Below the pieces are notes generated by a model. It was not told the DNA's origin, did no database searches, and saw only the letters and a list, made by a program, of their open reading frames with translations. 64,000 nt of DNA from Eledone cirrhosa (Eukaryota): NCBI GenBank assembly GCA_964016885.1, contig OZ024740.1, positions 316,634,001 to 316,698,000 on the forward strand, read 5' to 3'. The position numbers and the translations under genes are program-made. This document shows positions 60,135-64,000 of the stretch, one piece after another. Position 1 is the stretch's first letter, and every line of letters begins with the position of its first letter.

Positions 60135-60920
60135 TACACTCATATATATAAGAGAAAACCAATCCAAACCAAACAGTGAGTGTATTTTATTATTTCTGGC
60201 AATATTATAACAATATGACCCTCCCCAAATATAGCTATATATATATATACACACGCACACACACATACATATATATATAAACACACATACACACTGAGCC
60301 TCAGACTAATATATCTCAGACTATCATTGGTGTGTGTAGGTTGTTTAAATACAATGTAGCTGCTTTAGCTGTCAAGATATGGGAAACTACTCTACAGATA
60401 AGTTAAAGTTGTATCGCCCCCTGATTTGTCTGTCATATCTCTAGTTTTAGCCAGACCATGAAATAATTCATTACCACTAAATTACCTGAAACAGTAATAG
60501 TTTCTAAAAAGTAATCCCTTTCCCATTGTACCTGTGAAATTATAACCATAAAGAATAAACAAATTAAAAGTACCCTATGTACTCGAATATAAGCCGAGGA
60601 ATATGTGAACAAAAAAAAAAAAAAGAAATCAATGGTAAAATGAAGGGTCAGCTTATATTCGCCATCTAAACATAATATGTTGAGTGGCTGCCTTGGCTTA
60701 TAAACGGGGTTTAAATTTCTGCCCATTTATCAGGCATAAAATAGGGAGGGATAGCTTCTGTCGGGACACTGCATCCTTCAAAACTTCCATGCTTCCTGAA
60801 ATTCACCAACACTACACCTGATATTCCCCTCCATACACACCACACGCATGCATGTATCTGTGTGTATATCATGACTCATACACTATTCACTTTCCTGACA
60901 TTTTACATTATTCTATGTAA

Positions 60921-61110
60921 TGGCGGTGGATTGGCAGTATCGGTAGAGGGTCGGACGCCATGCTTTCCAGCATAGTTACGTCCCTTTACGATCTGAGTTC
61001 AAATCCCGCCGAGGTTAACTTTGCCTTTCATCCTTACGGGGTCGATAAAATAAAGTACCAGTAATGTACTGGGTAATTGCTGGCCTTGTGCCTAAAGTAG
61101 AAACAATTAT
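60921..61110 (+). mobile_element. Full-length SINE S2 nested in a CR1 3' UTR, 13-bp TSD
   Basis: TSD ATTATTCTATGTA at 60907-60919 and 61106-61118; TGGCAGTATCGG A-box, GAGTTCAAATCC B-box. Confidence 0.92.
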
Positions 61111-64000
61111 TCTATGTACTATGTAGACCCAGTTTGATTAAAGTCATCTCCATGAGCTACACCAAGTTTAAAGGGCCATTCCTCTACAATTCCATCAGAA
61201 GTTACAGGTGTACACACACACACACACACACACACAATAATAATAATGAAACACACAAAACCAGATTCTGCAGTTACCATTATCATCTAGCTACTTATAT
61301 TGTTGTTCAACTCTGTTAGAGGGTAAATAATCACTCACGCAGTAAGTAAGGAACAAGGTTCCTCCTCATCATCATTTAATGTCTGTTTTCCATGCTAGCA
61401 AGCGTTATATGGGTCATCACAGACCGAGTCAGTACTTAATTGGAGCCGTAACTAGATACTCATACTGATGTTAAGGTATTGTTCTCAAAATAAAAAATAT
61501 CAAAATCTTATAGATTCGATATTAATGTGAGGTAAAACCTTTACCGCGAAAATACCATAGTATCTATAGAGTAATGTAAATGCTAAAGGGTTAAAATTGT
61601 GAATTCTTTGGACACGTCGGTACACCTCTCCTGTCTAGGAGAGCACAGTCACTCTGAATTAAAACTGACACAGTGTAGAGGTCACTTTAGTTCTATCAGA
61701 TGACTTCTTTAGCGCTGGTGGCACAATAGAATATGTCCAGTTCATGCTATAAAGCAGTTGAGGGTAGAAAAGGCATCCAGCCAGAAAAACCCTGCCAAAA
61801 CTATAACAAATACAACTAAAATGATGAAAACATAAAGAGGGTTTATAATTAATTGAACTGACTAGTATATCACTGCTATTTATTGATTCTGGGGAGATGA
61901 GAGGTAGTCTCAACTCCAATAGGTTTTGAACCTGCAATTGAGAGTAAAAAATAACCCGTAAAAATGAGGGTCAGCTGCAAAGTTCATAGGCTGACTATGA
62001 AGGTGTGATGCTAGAGCTGTGAAATCTTGCATGCCTTAATTTCAACTCTTCTTGTTAATAACTGCTTTGTTTCTTTCCAGGGACTATGTTGAAAAAATAA
62101 ACCATAGTTGGTCATTCCATGAGAGTATCTTGGTCAACCTATGAACTTTTAAGCCAACCCTCCAACTTTAATTAGGGTTAGGATTAACATATTTAATGCA
62201 GTTGACATTAAAATACTAATTAAAAATAATTATGCAGTGAGGGAAAATATTATATTAATCATCAGTAAGAACAGAAGATAACCCTGAGTATATTTCAACC
62301 TTAAGATTGCCTTAGCATGATATAAAACTCCTTATTTTAAAATGTTTATACTTATAGTTTATTCTTCCATCATAATTTTATTTAAGAAGTTTTTATTAAG
62401 TAATGTTCTAAATATTAGCTTATTAATGAAAGAGTTAATTATTTTATTAAATTCCTTCAAATATTTGATCTTCTTCGCCCACTTATTCCTGAGAGGGTTG
62501 TGGAGGCAGAATCCTCAAACAGTCCTTTCAGTGGTACCTGTCAGAAGCAACTATCTCCAACTGATTTGGCTGGACAAGCCGAATTCATGGATGTTATCCA
62601 ACCATCTTGCTTGGGGGTCTACCATAGGGTTTCCTGCCGGTTGGTTTTGCCTGTAAAATCTGTCCAACAATTCTTTCCTGAGACATTCTAAACACATGCC
62701 TATAGTTTCAAAGAAGTAGTGGCACTACCTGGAGTGACTCTCTGATGTCCAAGCTATGCACTCTATTGAGTAACATTACTCCAAAGACCCTTCAGAGGAA
62801 CCCCATTTCGGTTGCTTGTATTCATGATCATAGTATTTCAGTAATTACCCAAGATTCATGACAATAGGTAAGGGTTGGCACGAATACCTAATTGAAGATA
62901 GCGTGTTTGGCTTTTACACCTACCTCCCTTCTTCTGATTACTGAATGCTGATGCTGGCACATTACTGCACCAGCTCCTGCAATTCTTGCACTTAATTCAG
63001 CCTCCTGCCTTCCATCACTTGTGAATATTACCCCAAGGTAGTTAACTTCTCCACCTGCTTATTTTCAAAATTAATTGAAACACCTAAGGAATGTATTTCA
63101 GTAGAGATACAGTAACAGAAGGTTTAACTATACTTGAAGTAGTGATGGGAGAATCTCTAAGAAAATATTCAAGATTGTTCATTAATTAGCATAAAAAATT
63201 AGCATATTGTAGAGGATAAATTACTCAAACAAATTACTGGTCTTTCATGTTAGTTGTCCATCTGTACCTCTTTTATATATTCTAACTTTGGTACAAATTC
63301 ATATGGAGAACATTATTTAAATTTTGACCCTGGGGGAATAAAAGGCAAAATCAACTCGAATTTGAATCTAGACTCTGGATGTAAAGAGATGTCTTTAAAT
63401 CCCACAAAACATTTAGTCTGACACTCCAGCAGTTTCTATATAATCTACTATTGACTTAGTAAGGATCCAAGGTCTAGTATTTGTGAAGGAGAAAATAGAG
63501 TTGTGGTGATGTATATATATTAGTACCTGGTGCTTACTTTTTGGTCAATTATATACATTATTCATCATCATCTTCATCACATAACGTCTACTTTCACTGC
63601 TAGCTAGGGCTGTATTGGTCATCACAGACCAAGTTATTACTTAATCAGGGGCCCTAATCTCTCAGCTGGGTAAAGGTCTGTAACTCACATGTTCCTACAA
63701 AGGTTAGACAGGTCATCACAGACCAAGTTATTACTTAATCAGGGGCCTTTTGTCTAGATTCAAAAATCCTGTAACTTCAGGGAAGGAGAAGTGGGAGGCA
63801 GTGATGTTTATGCCTGGCTTAAAGAGATTAACTGCCATCAGCACTGAAATCTTCTCCAAAACTGTGTGTCTCTGGGAACCCATATCTCTTCTACAACACT
63901 CACCACTATATATTCTAACAGAAATACCATGATTTATCAATAAGCCTCATTTTTCAGCCTGTGGCTTTCGAGGTGTTTGGTGAGGGCTGAGTCAGTGACA

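Noticed and set aside
62172-62182. TTAGGGTTAGG telomere-like sequence
   Set aside because: Fewer than two units; expected by chance.

Overview
AT-rich animal DNA, most likely cephalopod (octopus-like); this is inferred from the repeat content only. No host protein-coding gene could be recognised, and most of the supplied ORFs are (TA)n/(CA)n translation artefacts. Positions ~4.5-24 kb are a very large (TA)n microsatellite field whose interruptions are almost all C on the + strand. It contains three long 5'-truncated RTE-clade LINEs (two retain a PHD-type Cys/His finger after the RT), a Penelope-like element (PLE; RT thumb plus GIY-YIG) and tRNA-SINEs. The rest is decayed RTE and CR1 fragments, SINEs, hAT, Tc1-mariner and TTAA MITEs, and minisatellites. 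The most interesting signal is a set of small islands lodged in TA repeats. They combine a fold-back hairpin, often a minimal type I hammerhead core, an AATAAA and a shared TATTGAGTACY motif. The PLE itself begins with the same kind of perfect fold-back and carries a hammerhead in its 3' end. This suggests microsatellite-resident PLE/hammerhead mini-elements whose insertions into self-complementary TA targets leave hairpins. RTE insertions in the same arrays also show inversion or palindrome scars. All alignments were made by eye, so boundaries are approximate.
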